From assembly GCA_002269645.1 (NCBI GenBank), contig NIVC01004847.1, positions 1-33,515 of the forward strand: DNA of 33,515 nucleotides. The letters are read 5' to 3'. A model generated the notes under the pieces. The model ran no database searches, had not been told where the DNA came from, and saw only the letters and a program-made list of their open reading frames with translations. This document shows positions 1 to 11,349 of this stretch, piece after piece. The stretch comes from Macrostomum lignano. Lineage: Eukaryota. The first letter of the stretch is position 1. The number at the start of each line of letters is the position of its first letter. The position numbers and the translations under genes are program-made.

Positions 1-622
1 TAACGACATTTTGTCGACTTTTACTGCGACATCTCGTCGTTTTTTAGTCGTCTAGAGTCACTTCTTTTCTATTTTACCTGTGTTACCTGCCAAGACTCTG
101 GAACGACTCTGGGGCGATGCAAGGGACTCTGATTGAGATGTTCTTAGCCTAGGTACGACTCGTCGGGTATGACTGCAAAAAACATTGCGCATAGTCAATA
201 ATCTACTGTACGCCTGTCGTTCCCGCATGTACGCTCGTAGATATACATGTGCATGTAAAGACGAACTTTGGGTCATCTTAAAGAGAACAAAATGTCAAAC
301 TACCTGACGAAAAATTATCATTTTAAGTGCAACTGATCCTGAGTCATGAGCATTTAAAGTTTAGCTGCAATGCTTACAAGCGGACCTTCAAATATAATTT
401 TGCAATATTTAAGCGTGCTACGTTCTGCTACAAGCTGGCAACGATCTAGAGGTCTTTGATGTGTGTGTGCTCAGGGGTCAGCGAAATGACACTGCGGGTT
501 GGCTGTTTATTTTCGGCAGTGCTTAAAGCATCCCTGCAAGCTAGTAGCAAACTATATGTACATGTACACATGTACACTTTTAATCACTGTCTTCCTTTTT
601 CATCCGCATTTTGAATTATCAG

Positions 623-1228
623 ATCATGCTTCATCGAATCACGGCTCGCGACGACGCTCTAGGCCTCGGCGAAGCGCTGCAAGAGAAAGGCAGCGATGGT
701 CGCGGCCTGGTTGTCAAGGTAACGCACTGGTTCGCAGCTGACCAATCGCTGTCGTCCGCTAGTCGTCGCCGACGCGAGCTGGCCAATCGCCGCTACCGAG
801 AGCCGCTGATTGGCTACCTGACCGCGGAGCCCAAGGTCAAAAGATGGAGCGGACTGCGTCGGCCCCTGCCTGAGAATGTCCAGGTGGTGACTCTGGACGA
901 CTGGCGCGGGCCGAACACAAAGCTGCTTCGACTGGAGCATCTGTACCAGACAGGTGAGCACCCCGCACTGTCCCAGCCCGTCACCGTGGCTCTCGGCCAG
1001 ATGTTCGCCACCTTCGACATACTCGGTGCAATGGAGCTGAGTCTGGCTGCCAACCAGTATTTGGCGTCAATGCAGCGGCTGCAGTGGCGGACGACCGCAG
1101 CCGGAGGCTCGGCCGCCCAGAACGCTGCCAGAGAGGCAGTCGAGAGGCGACAGCTCGACCAGAACCTGACAGTGACGTTGCGACCGATGCAACTTCGCAC
1201 CTTTGTAGTGCAGGTGCAGTACTTGTGA
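623..1228 (+). CDS. Terminal coding exon of a GH38 alpha-mannosidase (lysosomal MAN2B1-like); upstream exons lie outside the window or were not identified
   Basis: Acceptor ...ttgaattatcag| at 621-622, then phase-0 IMLHRITARDDALGLGEALQEKG (compare the family motif ELMxHRRLxxDDxxGVxExL). The C-terminus VTLRPMQLRTFVVQV matches the family motif xTLxPMEIRTF. Stop at 1226-1228. Confidence 0.85.
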   Translation: MMLHRITARDDALGLGEALQEKGSDGRGLVVKVTHWFAADQSLSSASRRRRELANRRYREPLIGYLTAEPKVKRWSGLRRPLPENVQVVTLDDWRGPNTKLLRLEHLYQTGEHPALSQPVTVALGQMFATFDILGAMELSLAANQYLASMQRLQWRTTAAGGSAAQNAAREAVERRQLDQNLTVTLRPMQLRTFVVQVQYL

Positions 1229-2231
1229 ACCCGTCGATACCGTGTCGGTGCTGCTTCGATGGCTAAAAAACTTTGCTTCTTTGATAAAAACTACCGCGAT
1301 GACAGTTGTTAAAAACTGTCTGTGTTTGCAGGTTTTGCCTGGGTTGTTCCTAAATTGCTTCTGGGTTGATCCTGAGTTGCCAGTTTAGTTTTAAAGTGTT
1401 AGTGCACTGGCTACATGTCTAAGCGTGTGTAAAATAATTGCGTCAAATGCGCTTATTCTCGCGTAAAGTGGCGTGCGGAAATCACGTAAAAAGTGGCGAA
1501 AATTGCGCGTTTTACGTACCGGTACATGTACGTCGGCTGCGTGCGTTCTATGCGCGAGATCTACGCGTGTAGAACGTAAGTGTTACACGCCAGAGTTCTG
1601 GGATAGGAGTCTGGGACGCTTCTTGGTCCTTGGTAGCGTTTTCAATCATGCATTAATTGCAGAGAGTTTCTCAATCCGTTTTCTATCAAATTTTCACTTA
1701 CTTATAACAATATGTTTCGTCTTTTAACTCGGTCAGAAGTTCCTAACCGCAATATCAAAAAAAATTCTCTGATCAAATTTTTGCACTTTTTCGAGTCAAA
1801 TATTCAAATGATTTTTCTAAAAATCTAAGCCCTATACTTATTCACAGATCAATTATTATTGCGATCAAAGAACTCGTAACTGTTTCAATACCTGCATCTT
1901 ATTCACCATTTTGAAACTACCTGTCTGAAGCATCAATACATTGATAAGCATTACACTACCCATTGACACGCAAATTGGACAATATATGGTATTGTCCATA
2001 AGCGAACGCAGTTTAATGAGTAATTACTCAGTATATAGCAGATTTTGTGGCGAAAAGAAATTAAATGACAAGCGTACGAACGCTCGTACGCAGTTATCAT
2101 GCAGAATATTCTTGTCGTTATAACCAACGGTAGAATAATTTGATTGAGGTCGACATTATATAGGCCACTCCACACCCCAGATGGTTCATTAAGCACTGTC
2201 TTTATGTCAATTTGACTCGCAATCCTATACA

Positions 2232-2532
2232 TTCACGTCCTACAATTCAACATCCAAGTCCAGCAATCCAACATCCCCGTCCTGCAATCCAGAACATCCA
2301 CGCAATCCAACATCCACGTCCTACAATTCAACACCCACGTTCTACAATCTAACATCCGCGTACTGCAATCCAACATCCACGTCCTGCAATCCAACATCCA
2401 CGTCCTGAAATCCAACATCCACGCGTCCTGCAATCCACAACATCCACGCCATCCAATATCCACGTCCTGCAATCCAACATCCACATCTTACAATCCAATA
2501 TCCCACGTCTTACAATCCAACATCCACATCCA
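2232..2532. repeat. Minisatellite, ~21-bp unit CAATCCAACATCCACGTCCTG, degenerate
   Basis: Tandem copies read directly; they explain the WMLDCRT pseudo-ORFs. Confidence 0.9.
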
Positions 2533-3054
2533 CAAATTAATGTGATCCCGCACAGAATCGGGCCCAAAACTTTGGCACGTGAGTCAGATCAGATACTCTG
2601 TCCTCTATGTCACGCATTTCAAGTACTTCAGATATACATGCCTATCGCTTGTGGCCATCTCCTGCAGACAGCGGCTCGTACCTTCCTGACCAGCGCCAGC
2701 CCCAGCTGGTGATGAGCAGCTCCTATATATTCGAAGACCATATACTGCATGGACGAAAGCCATTCCGGATGTCGTTGGCTGCATTCTAAAGTGCAACACC
2801 GCCGCTAACAACTGACTGGCGGTGCTTTTTAACCGACAGATTCGGCTCGGTTACCTGCTAAAGCTCGCTTTGGTGCCGCAGAGCACCGTATAGAGGGAGA
2901 GTTCTATGCTCGTGGCTAAAATTCTTTCTTACATATTCTTCTCATCGATATTCACTAAACATGCCTTTGTGATGCTTAGTTTGATTGGTTTGCAAAATAT
3001 TGGACCTTGGGTCTTTTGAAACTTTGCACTAGCAATCTGGCCCGCTCAAGGTTT

Positions 3055-3150
3055 GTGTCTCTTCTCTTCTCTCTCCCCTCTCTCTTCTCTACCCTCTCTC
3101 CTCTCTCCCCTCTCTACCCTCTCTCCTCTCTACCTCTTTATTCTCTACCT

Positions 3151-3226
<76 letters not shown>

Positions 3227-3320
3227 TCTCTCGTCTCTCCCCACTTTCTCCTCTTGTCTTCTTTCTTATCTCTTCTCTCTCATCACTTATCTTCCATTCC
3301 TTCTCCTTTCCTCTCTCATC
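3055..3320. repeat. CT-rich tract with a pure (CT)n core at ~3153-3222
   Basis: Read directly; source of the SLSL/ERER pseudo-ORFs. Confidence 0.95.
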
Positions 3321-4642
3321 TGGCCCGCAGCCATGAGCTGGATTCTTCATCTGGCCCTCGAGATAAAAAAGTTTGTCAACCCCGGTTTATATTTACCTAT
3401 CATAGATTCACCTGTCATGGACTTCTCTATCGCGGATTTTCTTGTCTTTGATTAATTTCGGGCTTACTGTAAAAATTTGAACTGATTTTACATTAAATAC
3501 AGACCGGTGATAACACTTTAACCTGCTCAGTCTCAGATGCGCCATTAACACGGACTCAATCTATTTTCAGCGTCACGTCAAGTGAAAAAAAACTTTTGAG
3601 CCCGGCGGGGTCAAAAATCGCTCAAATCAATGTAATGTACAGTTGGTTCAGACCTGTTTTAAACTATTGTAATAACTAATTACCTCTGCTCGTCTGTTTT
3701 TGACCCCATTAACTAGCCTTCACTCTGCCAGTGTACATCGTAGATGACTGTACTTGCGGCCTCTGCTCTTGAAGCCTTGCCAGGCGTAGTTACAGCTATC
3801 TACATACGCACTCCCGTGGCCCTATAAAGCCTATATAATGAGAGAGTTCTTACCCTAGCGCCAGCGCACGCACAGCAGCAGCCAAATGAATCATCGCTTT
3901 CAAAGAGTAGAGTATACAAGACTGCGTATTTTCTGCTAGATCCTCCTTGACCCTCTGACAAGGAAATGCCGATTCCAATTCCTCGGCAGTGTCACTGCAA
4001 AGTTGGTAAGCAATAAAAAATTAATACTGCTGATAATATTATACAGATGTGAAAGTGAAGCAAGTCCTAATATGGCAGAGACCAGACCGGAGGCGAAGAA
4101 GCAGAGCAAACTGCAGGCTCTGTGGGATGGCGTACAGCTTAGGACGATGAGTGGGGCTGAGGGGAAGCTGAGGGGGGGGAGAAATTGAGGGATGCGTCCT
4201 CGTCTGTTCCTTGTCTCTCCCTCCTGTTCTTCCTCTCATCCTTGCGTACATCCCTGACTGGCCCTCCTCTCGCGGTCCTGGCCCACAAACCAATAGTTAT
4301 AATTAGACGGCGAATGTTGGGGCAAGAAATTTGTGCCTCTTTCCAAACTAGAAAAAATGGCACCCCAGTTCCCACCCCCTCGCGATCGATAGCAAGGGCT
4401 TCCCTTCCCTTCCTGACCCTCAGTACCGCTGTATTCATTGTTGCCTTTTGTGGTGGGACACGGATTAATAACAATTTAACCAACTTTATGTGCAATTTTT
4501 GTGTGAAAGTTCTTCAGCTAGTTTTTTCATTCTGATCTATATGGAGAGCTCGCTCTTTATGAGATTACTCAAAAAGCTCAACATGCGCGCAGTCTTGGCA
4601 TCACTGGAAAATTGGTTGTTATAGCTGGTAGACACAGCACTA

Positions 4643-5974
4643 CGAGGGGCATTCAAAAAGTTTTGGCAACTGCATATGCAGATATACTTTGGCTCAAGCA
4701 AAACACACTAAATTTTAGGGACATTTTTAGTAACATGCCTGAGACCACCATATAAATTTTCAGCTCAATGGCTTCACCCTTTATTGCACAATTCACACTT
4801 AACCATACCTACGTTTCAGCTTCTGACAAATTATGGAAAATATCAGCTCAGAAAACACGCGCTTCTACATCTTCATGCGCGCACAACTTGGAGAAAATGC
4901 CACCAAAATCCATGCCGACTTAGCACAGGTGATAGGGGATCAAGCTCCATCTTATCGCACCGTTGCGCGATGGATTGAGGCTTTTGGCGCCGGCAGGAGC
5001 AGCCTCTGTGACGACCCTCGATCGGGGAGGCCGAGCACAGCCGTGACCAAGAGCAACATTGACACTGTGCAATCGCTGGTGGCTGAGGACCCAAACATTT
5101 CTGTTGCCATGCTGAGCCAGACACTTGACATATCTGAGGGCAGCGTTTTCACCATCCTGCATGAGCAGCTGGGGCTCAGGAAGATCACAGCTCGTTGGGT
5201 GCCACATCAGCTCACTGAGGAGCAGCGCCAGGAGCGGGTTCGCTGCAGTCAGGAGTTCTTGCGATGCTTCGGTTCTGGCGGCACCAAGCGCCTCTCTGAC
5301 ATTGTCACCGGTGACGAGAAGTGGTTTTACTACTTCCAGGTGCCCAACAAGAGCCAGAACAAGGTTTGGATTGGCGCAGATGAAGAGCGTCCAACAGTTC
5401 TGCAATCAGCATTTTGCTCACGCAAGCAGATGTTCGTTGTGTTCTTCAGCATCTGTGGCCCAGTAGCTGTTGTCATGGTGCCCAAAGGCCAGAATGTGAA
5501 CGCCAGCTTCTATACCAGCACTGCCCTGCCAGCTGTCGTTGATTTCGTGCGGCAAAATCAACGCACGCGCTTGGAGTCAGGTCGCATCCACCTTCACCAT
5601 GACAATGCGTCAAGCCACACTGCGGCGATGACTTCAGCATTTCTGGAGGAGAACCGGCTGAAAACCGTTCGCCACCCGCCCTACAGCCCGGACTTGGCTC
5701 CGTGCGACTTCCGGGCCTTCCCGAAACTGACCGAGAGGCTGGCTGGGTGCCAATTTCAGAGGCCGCAAGACCTGGCGCGCGCTATCAATTCAGAGTTGAG
5801 GGCATTCACTGAATCGGAGTACCGCGGCGCCTTTGATTCGTGGCTACGGAGGCATCAGAAGTGCATAGAGCGCGGCAGAGACTACATAGAAGGACTGTAA
5901 ACCCTTACTTTTAGAATAATGAGCTTGCACTAGGTTTTAGTAGCCTGTTGCCAAAACTTTTTGAATACCCCTCG
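4643..5974 (+). mobile_element. Full-length mariner (Tc1/mariner, DD34D) DNA transposon, 1332 bp
   Basis: 28-bp TIRs: CGAGGGGCATTCAAAAAGTTTTGGCAAC (4643-4670) and the inverted copy at 5947-5974, 1 mismatch. TA flanks at 4641-4642 and 5975-5976. One transposase ORF inside. Confidence 0.97.
4833..5900 (+). CDS. Mariner transposase, 355 aa, uninterrupted
   Basis: N-terminal HTH region, DDPRSGRP, WVPHQL, catalytic TGDEKW and HDNASSH, and YSPDLAPCDF. I counted 34 residues between the second and third Asp. Confidence 0.97.
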   Translation: MENISSENTRFYIFMRAQLGENATKIHADLAQVIGDQAPSYRTVARWIEAFGAGRSSLCDDPRSGRPSTAVTKSNIDTVQSLVAEDPNISVAMLSQTLDISEGSVFTILHEQLGLRKITARWVPHQLTEEQRQERVRCSQEFLRCFGSGGTKRLSDIVTGDEKWFYYFQVPNKSQNKVWIGADEERPTVLQSAFCSRKQMFVVFFSICGPVAVVMVPKGQNVNASFYTSTALPAVVDFVRQNQRTRLESGRIHLHHDNASSHTAAMTSAFLEENRLKTVRHPPYSPDLAPCDFRAFPKLTERLAGCQFQRPQDLARAINSELRAFTESEYRGAFDSWLRRHQKCIERGRDYIEGL

Positions 5975-6102
5975 TAAGGAACCCACGAAAGACCGCTGCT
6001 GGGAAAAAATCAAGCCGCCAATTCCTATCTTGCTCAAAACATTTTTCAAGGCAATGGGTGAGCAAGGGGCTCGCTCTACTACTACTCCTTGCCGTATGGG
6101 GA

Positions 6103-6326
<224 letters not shown>

Positions 6327-6343
6327 CCAGTCAAACTAACGCA

Positions 6344-6564
6344 TGTAGATACTGCTGAGTGAACCATCAAGTGTATTCACTGTTATGATAAATGCCAAGT
6401 CATGTTTGCGAGCGAGCGAGAAAACTCTTAGACCAAGACACTGGGTAAACACCGATATATATATTTGAGAACTTCACTGTACATAGAAGGGGTGGGGGCC
6501 AGTGTACACAGATGTACACGAAATTGCGAGAGTAAATATTAGTGCACACAAGCCACACACAACA
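6344..6564 (-). repeat. 3' LTR (~221 bp, TG...CA)
   Basis: On the minus strand it starts TGTTG directly after GGGAGG and plausibly ends ...ATCTACA. The 6344 boundary is inferred from the terminal motif only. Confidence 0.7.
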
Positions 6565-6809
6565 CCTCCCAACATTAGTTAACGATAATCCTACGAGTTC
6601 GAAGTGTAAAAGTAACGGAACATTAAAATAAGATATTTGTTCTTGCATTGCAAAGTCGCACGAGATAACATTTAAATATTTGTAGCAAAGCAGGAATAAA
6701 TCAAGGAATATACCAACAATAAAGTTTCTCGCATTTATAGTATAGGGGCCAGTACGCCATTACAGTCAATACAGTCAATCGCAACCAATTATCAGTTCAC
6801 TGGGTTGGT

Positions 6810-8454
6810 TCACCACGAGGCCTGGTACCGCTTTGGCTGTTGTACGAGTCGACCTCGCCTGGTTCGGAATCCAGGCTGTTTCGAACCGGAGCACTCCGAC
6901 TGATCAGGCTGCTCAGGTGTCGGCTGCACAGGTGCCGGCTGCACAGGTGTCGGCTGCACAGGTGCCGGCTGCACAGGTGTCGGCTGCTCAGGTGGCTGCA
7001 CAGGTGCCGGCTGCACAGGTGCCGGCTGCACAGGTGCCGGCTGCTCAGGTGTCGGCTGCACAGGTGCCGGCTGCACAGGTGTCGGCTGCACAGGTGCCGG
7101 CTGCTCAGGTGCCGGCTGCTCAGGTGCCGGCTGCACAGGTGCCGGCTGCACAGGTGCCGGCTGCTCAGGTGCCGGCTGCACAGGTGCCGGCTGCACAGGT
7201 GCCGGCTGCACAGGTGCCGGCTGCTCAGGTGGCTGCACAGGTGCCGGCTGCACAGGTGCCGGCTGCACAGGTGCCGGCTGCACAGGTGCCGGCTGCACAG
7301 GTGCCGGCTGCACAGGTGCCGGCTGCTCAGGTGCCGGCTGCACAGGTGCCGGCTGCTCAGGTGCCGGCTGCACAGGTGCCGGCTGCACATCCGCTTCCAT
7401 CTCGCCATCCTCGCCGGCCTCCGGGTAGCTCTCTTGGAACGGAACGCCAATCTGACGAGGCCGGATGAACCGCCGATTACGCCAGAGCAGCTGTCCCGAC
7501 TCGGTGCAAAGCCAGTAGGACCTTGGGCTGCCGTCAACTTCGTTGTCTAGCTCGGCAGCCGCCCAATCTCGACGACCGCATTGAAGCCAGACCGGTTCGC
7601 CGACCTTCAAGCGTTGCAGTGCGCGGGCACCGCGATTGTAGAGTTGAGCTGCTTGGGTCCGTTGCTTCTCGAAGGCTTCAATGCTGGCGTGCACGTGGGT
7701 CTCCCGAGGCCGCAGATCCTGCACCGCTGTAGGCAAATCGCACCGGAGTTTGCGGCCGAACGCCATCTCTGCGGGACTTGGAAAGCCGCAACCGACTGGC
7801 GTGTTGCGATAGTGCAGAAGGGCCATGGCCAGGCTCTGTCTCCTGACACTTCCTCATCATATTCTTGGCTGTCTGCACATATCGCTCTGCTCTGCCGTTC
7901 GACTGCGGGTAGGTTGGACTCGACGTGCGGTGCTCCACTTGAAATATTTTGATGAACTGGCGGAATTCCCCGGCCGAGAACTGCGGACCGTTATCGCTGA
8001 TGAGCTTCTCAGGCACACCAAAGTTCTGGAAATGGTCTTGGAGCACCTGCACCACAGCGTTGCTGGTCGTCGAGCGCAGTCGGGTGACGCTCATCCAGTG
8101 GCTGTAGGCGTCCACGTACACCAGATAGGTTGCACATATCTGAGTACACCGCGGTACTCGAACAGGTCGGTAGAGCAAACTTGAAACGGGAACTCAGGCA
8201 TATCAACGGTCATCAGAGTCTCCTTCGACTGCGCCTTCATGTTCCGCTGACAGGCCTCGCACTGGCTAACAGTCCGCTCGATGCAGTTGCGCATTCCTGG
8301 CCAGTAGAAGTAGTCTTTGGCTTTAAGGTCCATCTTGACGATACCAGGGTGTCCAGCGTGCAGGATGCTGAGGATGGAGCTTCTGGCACTGCCAGCTGGA
8401 ACGTAGATGCGGTCTTTCAAACACAGCAGTCCTGATACGAGAGTCAGATCGAAA
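6810..8454 (-). pseudogene. pol: integrase (HHCC and DDE), frameshifts at ~8140 and ~7835, repeat-expanded C-terminal tail
   Basis: LHAGHPG...CEAC; STDLFEY; VDAYSHW; SDNGPQF; PQSNGRAER; terminal TRRGRLVQQPKRY. Confidence 0.9.
6903..7389 (-). repeat. Coding minisatellite, 15-bp unit (PAPVQ/PAPEQ) with 12-bp variants, in the integrase tail
   Basis: GGTGCCGGCTGCACA tandem on the plus strand; in frame with the integrase C-terminus. Confidence 0.95.
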
Positions 8455-9215
8455 ATAGTCTACAGCCAACACTTGTCCATCTAAAGCTTCCTCCAGCAAA
8501 AGTGTCAAGCTGTCTGTCTGTCCATGAGCTCGGCTCAGCGTGTCGGCAACGTACAACTTCTTTCCTGGGGTGTACCTCACCCGGATGTCGTATGGCTGAA
8601 GCTGAAGCAATAGACGCTGGATCCGCGGCGTGGTGTCACAGAGCTGCTTCTTAAAGATGGCCTCTAGCGACTTGTGGTCGCTTTGAACATGGACAGTGCG
8701 GCCCCAGAGGTAGCGGTGAAATTTCTTACAGCCGTAGACAATTGCTAGGAGCTCCTTCTCAATTTGAGCATAAGACTGTTGAGCACTTGTCATTGCCGAC
8801 AACGCAAACTCAACCGGACGATCCTCTTGGAGTAGCACAGCCCTATGCCGCTCTTACTGGCATCTACAGACACAGTGACTGGCTTGGTGACATCGAATGT
8901 GACCAACACTCTGTCTGAGCAGAGCTCAGTGATGATTGCATCGTACGCCTCATCATGCTGATGCGTCCAACTCCAGATAACTTCCTTCTTTAGCAGATGT
9001 CTAAGGGGCTCTGCAGTGGTGGACAGATGTGGACAAAACTTGGCCAGATACGTGACGCAGCCGAGAAATCTGCGAAGCTGCTCCTTCTTTGACGTGAGGC
9101 CTTCAACGTCATTTGGCCTCGCAATCTCCTTGATTGCTTTGATTTTCATCGGGTCAGCACGCAATCCTTCAGAGCTCAGCACATCTCCCAGGTAGTTGAG
9201 TTCTTGGACGCCAAC
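8455..9215 (-). pseudogene. pol: RT connection and RNase H, frameshifted at ~8842
   Basis: LRRFLGCVTYLAKF; VSVDASKSGIG; YAQIEKELLAIVYG; SDHKSL; ADTLSR. Confidence 0.9.
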
Positions 9216-10399
9216 TCGCTCTTCTGTGGATTCAGCGTCACCTTGGCTCGCTTGCACTGCTCCAGGAGCTCTCGCATTGCCTGATCATGCTCCTCGATAG
9301 TCTTGCCCCAAACGATGATGTCGTCAAAGAAGTTCTTGGTGTTCTTCACGTGGTTGGTGACGTTCTCTTCCATTCTTTTCTGGAAGGCCCCCGGGATTGA
9401 CGAGAGACCGTACGGCACGCGCTTCCAGCGATATCGGCCAAATGGTGTGTGAAATGTCGTCAGAAAAGAACTTTCGTCGTCGAGTTTCAGCTGATGAAAG
9501 CTCTCGTTCGCGTCGAATGAGCTGAACAGGATGGCTCCAGCAGTCGCAGCTCGCACCTCCTCGGCAGTCGGAATTGGATGGTACTCACGAACGATGAACC
9601 TATTCAGGTATGTCTGATCCAGGCACAGCCGCATGGATCCGTCCTTCTTCCAGACGATGGCCACATTAGAGACCCATTGTGTCGGCTCATCAACTGGCAC
9701 AATGGTGCCTTCTTTCTCCAGTCTTTCGAGCTCACATTTGAGTGGTTGATACGCAGCGAACGGCAACTTGCGAGGAGGCTGCACTTTTGGCGCGGCGTTG
9801 TCAGCAAGCCGGATGGTGTACGGTTGCTCCATGCAGCCAACACCGTTGAATACTTCAGGGTATGTGGCTTTCACCTGAGAGGCTGTGAGTTCTGACACCT
9901 GCTGTTTTTGCACTTTGCTGATGCTGCTGCTCTGGCTCTGCACAGCAAATAGTTTCTTGACTAACTGAAGCTCCTCAATTGCTGATTTCCAGCCTATAAT
10001 CGGTGTAGAGCTCTCGCCGATGACTACAAACTGAAGTTTGACATTCTTACGGCAGGGCGATGACACTGTCAAGTACGTGGTGCCGATCACGTCCAATAGC
10101 TGCTTATTGTAGGTGGTCAGTGTCCAGGACGTAGGCTCAATTGCTGCTGCTGGGGCGAGCTGGATCAGATGTCTCAGAGGAATCACATTAACATCCGCCC
10201 CAGTGTCTACCTTGAAGTGCAGCTTTCTTCCGGAGTCCGTGACTGACAGGCAGACCATCATTGACGAGGCATCTGTTTGCAACTTGGGCTGGCGAGCACT
10301 CGGCTTCTCAACCGTGATGATTGCTGCTGCCGGAGCATCGCCGGCACAGTCAGACTTGGAGTCCTCCACCAGCTCGTTGACCTTCGCTGAGCGGCACAC
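9176..10399 (-). pseudogene. pol: aspartic protease and reverse transcriptase
   Basis: FKVDTGADVNVI; LCLD..LN; TPFGRYRWKRVPYGL; FFDDIIVWG. Frameshift at ~9213. Confidence 0.92.
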
Positions 10400-11141
10400 G
10401 GACGAAAAATGATTCGTGCGACCACAATTATTGCAGGTCTTACCGTAGGCCGGGCACTTGCGCCGCTCATGCTGCTGTCCGCAGAATCCGCAGCTCCGAG
10501 CCTATCTGGCGTGGCCGACTGTCGCCTTGGCTCGGTTTTGCACTGCATCGACAGACGCTGGCGCGGCTGCAGGCGCTGCTCGGCTGATCTGCGCAGTGGC
10601 CAGGGTCCGAGCCTGCCGCTTCAAAGTCTCGGATGCTCGACCCACCTGGATGGCGCGATCCAAAGTCAGCTTCGTCTCTCGCAGAAATCTTTCCCTCAGA
10701 GCTCTCGTTGACTCCGATGACGATCTGGTCTCGAAGGACGCTGTTCTCGATTGTCTCCTCGTTAGCTGGCTTGCTGTGATTGCAGCGTTTGATGATCTGA
10801 CGGAGGGAGCTGACAAACTGGTCAAATTCCTCAGCTTCTCCTTGCACTTTTGTTCGGAGCTGGTAGCGCTCAAATGTTTCGTTTGACAGAGGCTCGCAGT
10901 AGTCTTTGAATGCCTCGACTACTTCGTCGTACGTAGCTACTTTGTCTGCAGGAAACGTAGAGTAGATATCTTGACCGTCGGATCCCAGGGCGGTTAGCAG
11001 AATGGCGACCTTTACATCGTTGCTTTCTTCAGTTCTCTTCGTAGCTTTCATATAGAAATCGAACGCTTTGATCCACTTTCGCCAGTTGTCCGCCCTATTG
11101 GTGTTGAAAACCATAGGCTCTGGCGGCCTCAATCCTTCCAT
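10400..11141 (-). pseudogene. gag, with a frameshift (~10702) and an in-frame TAG (10502-10504)
   Basis: MEGLRPPEPM...NWRKWIKAF...LRDQIVIG; two zinc knuckles CGFCGQQHERRKC and CNNCGRTNHFSSVC, joined by PAYGKT (Mag-type). Confidence 0.9.
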
Positions 11142-11170
11142 GCTTGCCAGACTGGATAGGTAGTTTAGAC

Positions 11171-11275
11171 TATTTTTGAGAACTTCACTGTCCATAGAAG
11201 GGGTGGGGGCCAGTGTACACAGATGTACACTAAATTGCGAGAGTAAATATTAGTGCACACAAGCCACACACAAAA
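11171..11275 (-). repeat. Truncated 5' LTR (first ~105 bp only)
   Basis: Aligns to 6460-6564 with about 4 mismatches. The rest of the LTR and a PBS are absent. Confidence 0.85.
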
Positions 11276-11349
11276 TTTACTATTTACGATTAGGGATTAC
11301 TTGTAGGCAATCAGTTACCGTCGGCCTGAACTTTCAAGCCAGATCATAA

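Larger units (their letters stand above)
6344..11275 (-). mobile_element. Degenerate Ty3/Gypsy LTR retrotransposon, Mag-like
   Basis: Domain order gag-PR-RT-RNaseH-IN on the minus strand. A direct repeat links 6460-6564 with 11171-11275. A purine tract GGGAGG abuts the 3' LTR. No TSD found. Confidence 0.93.

Noticed and set aside
3007-3451. ORFs rich in SLSL/ERER
   Set aside because: Translations of the CT microsatellite.
4072-4188. Short ORF MAETRPEAKKQSKLQALWDG, possibly a first exon (for example of the GT32 gene across the transposon block)
   Set aside because: No recognisable homology and only weak donor sites; not supportable without transcripts.
6797-7550. Cys/His/Arg-rich ORFs (SRHLC, CRLHR) that look like metal-binding proteins
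   Set aside because: Alternative frames of the 15-bp integrase-tail repeat.
10502-10504. In-frame TAG in gag as a programmed readthrough site
   Set aside because: It lies before the zinc knuckles, not at the gag-pol junction; a CAG-to-TAG mutation in a decayed copy is simpler.
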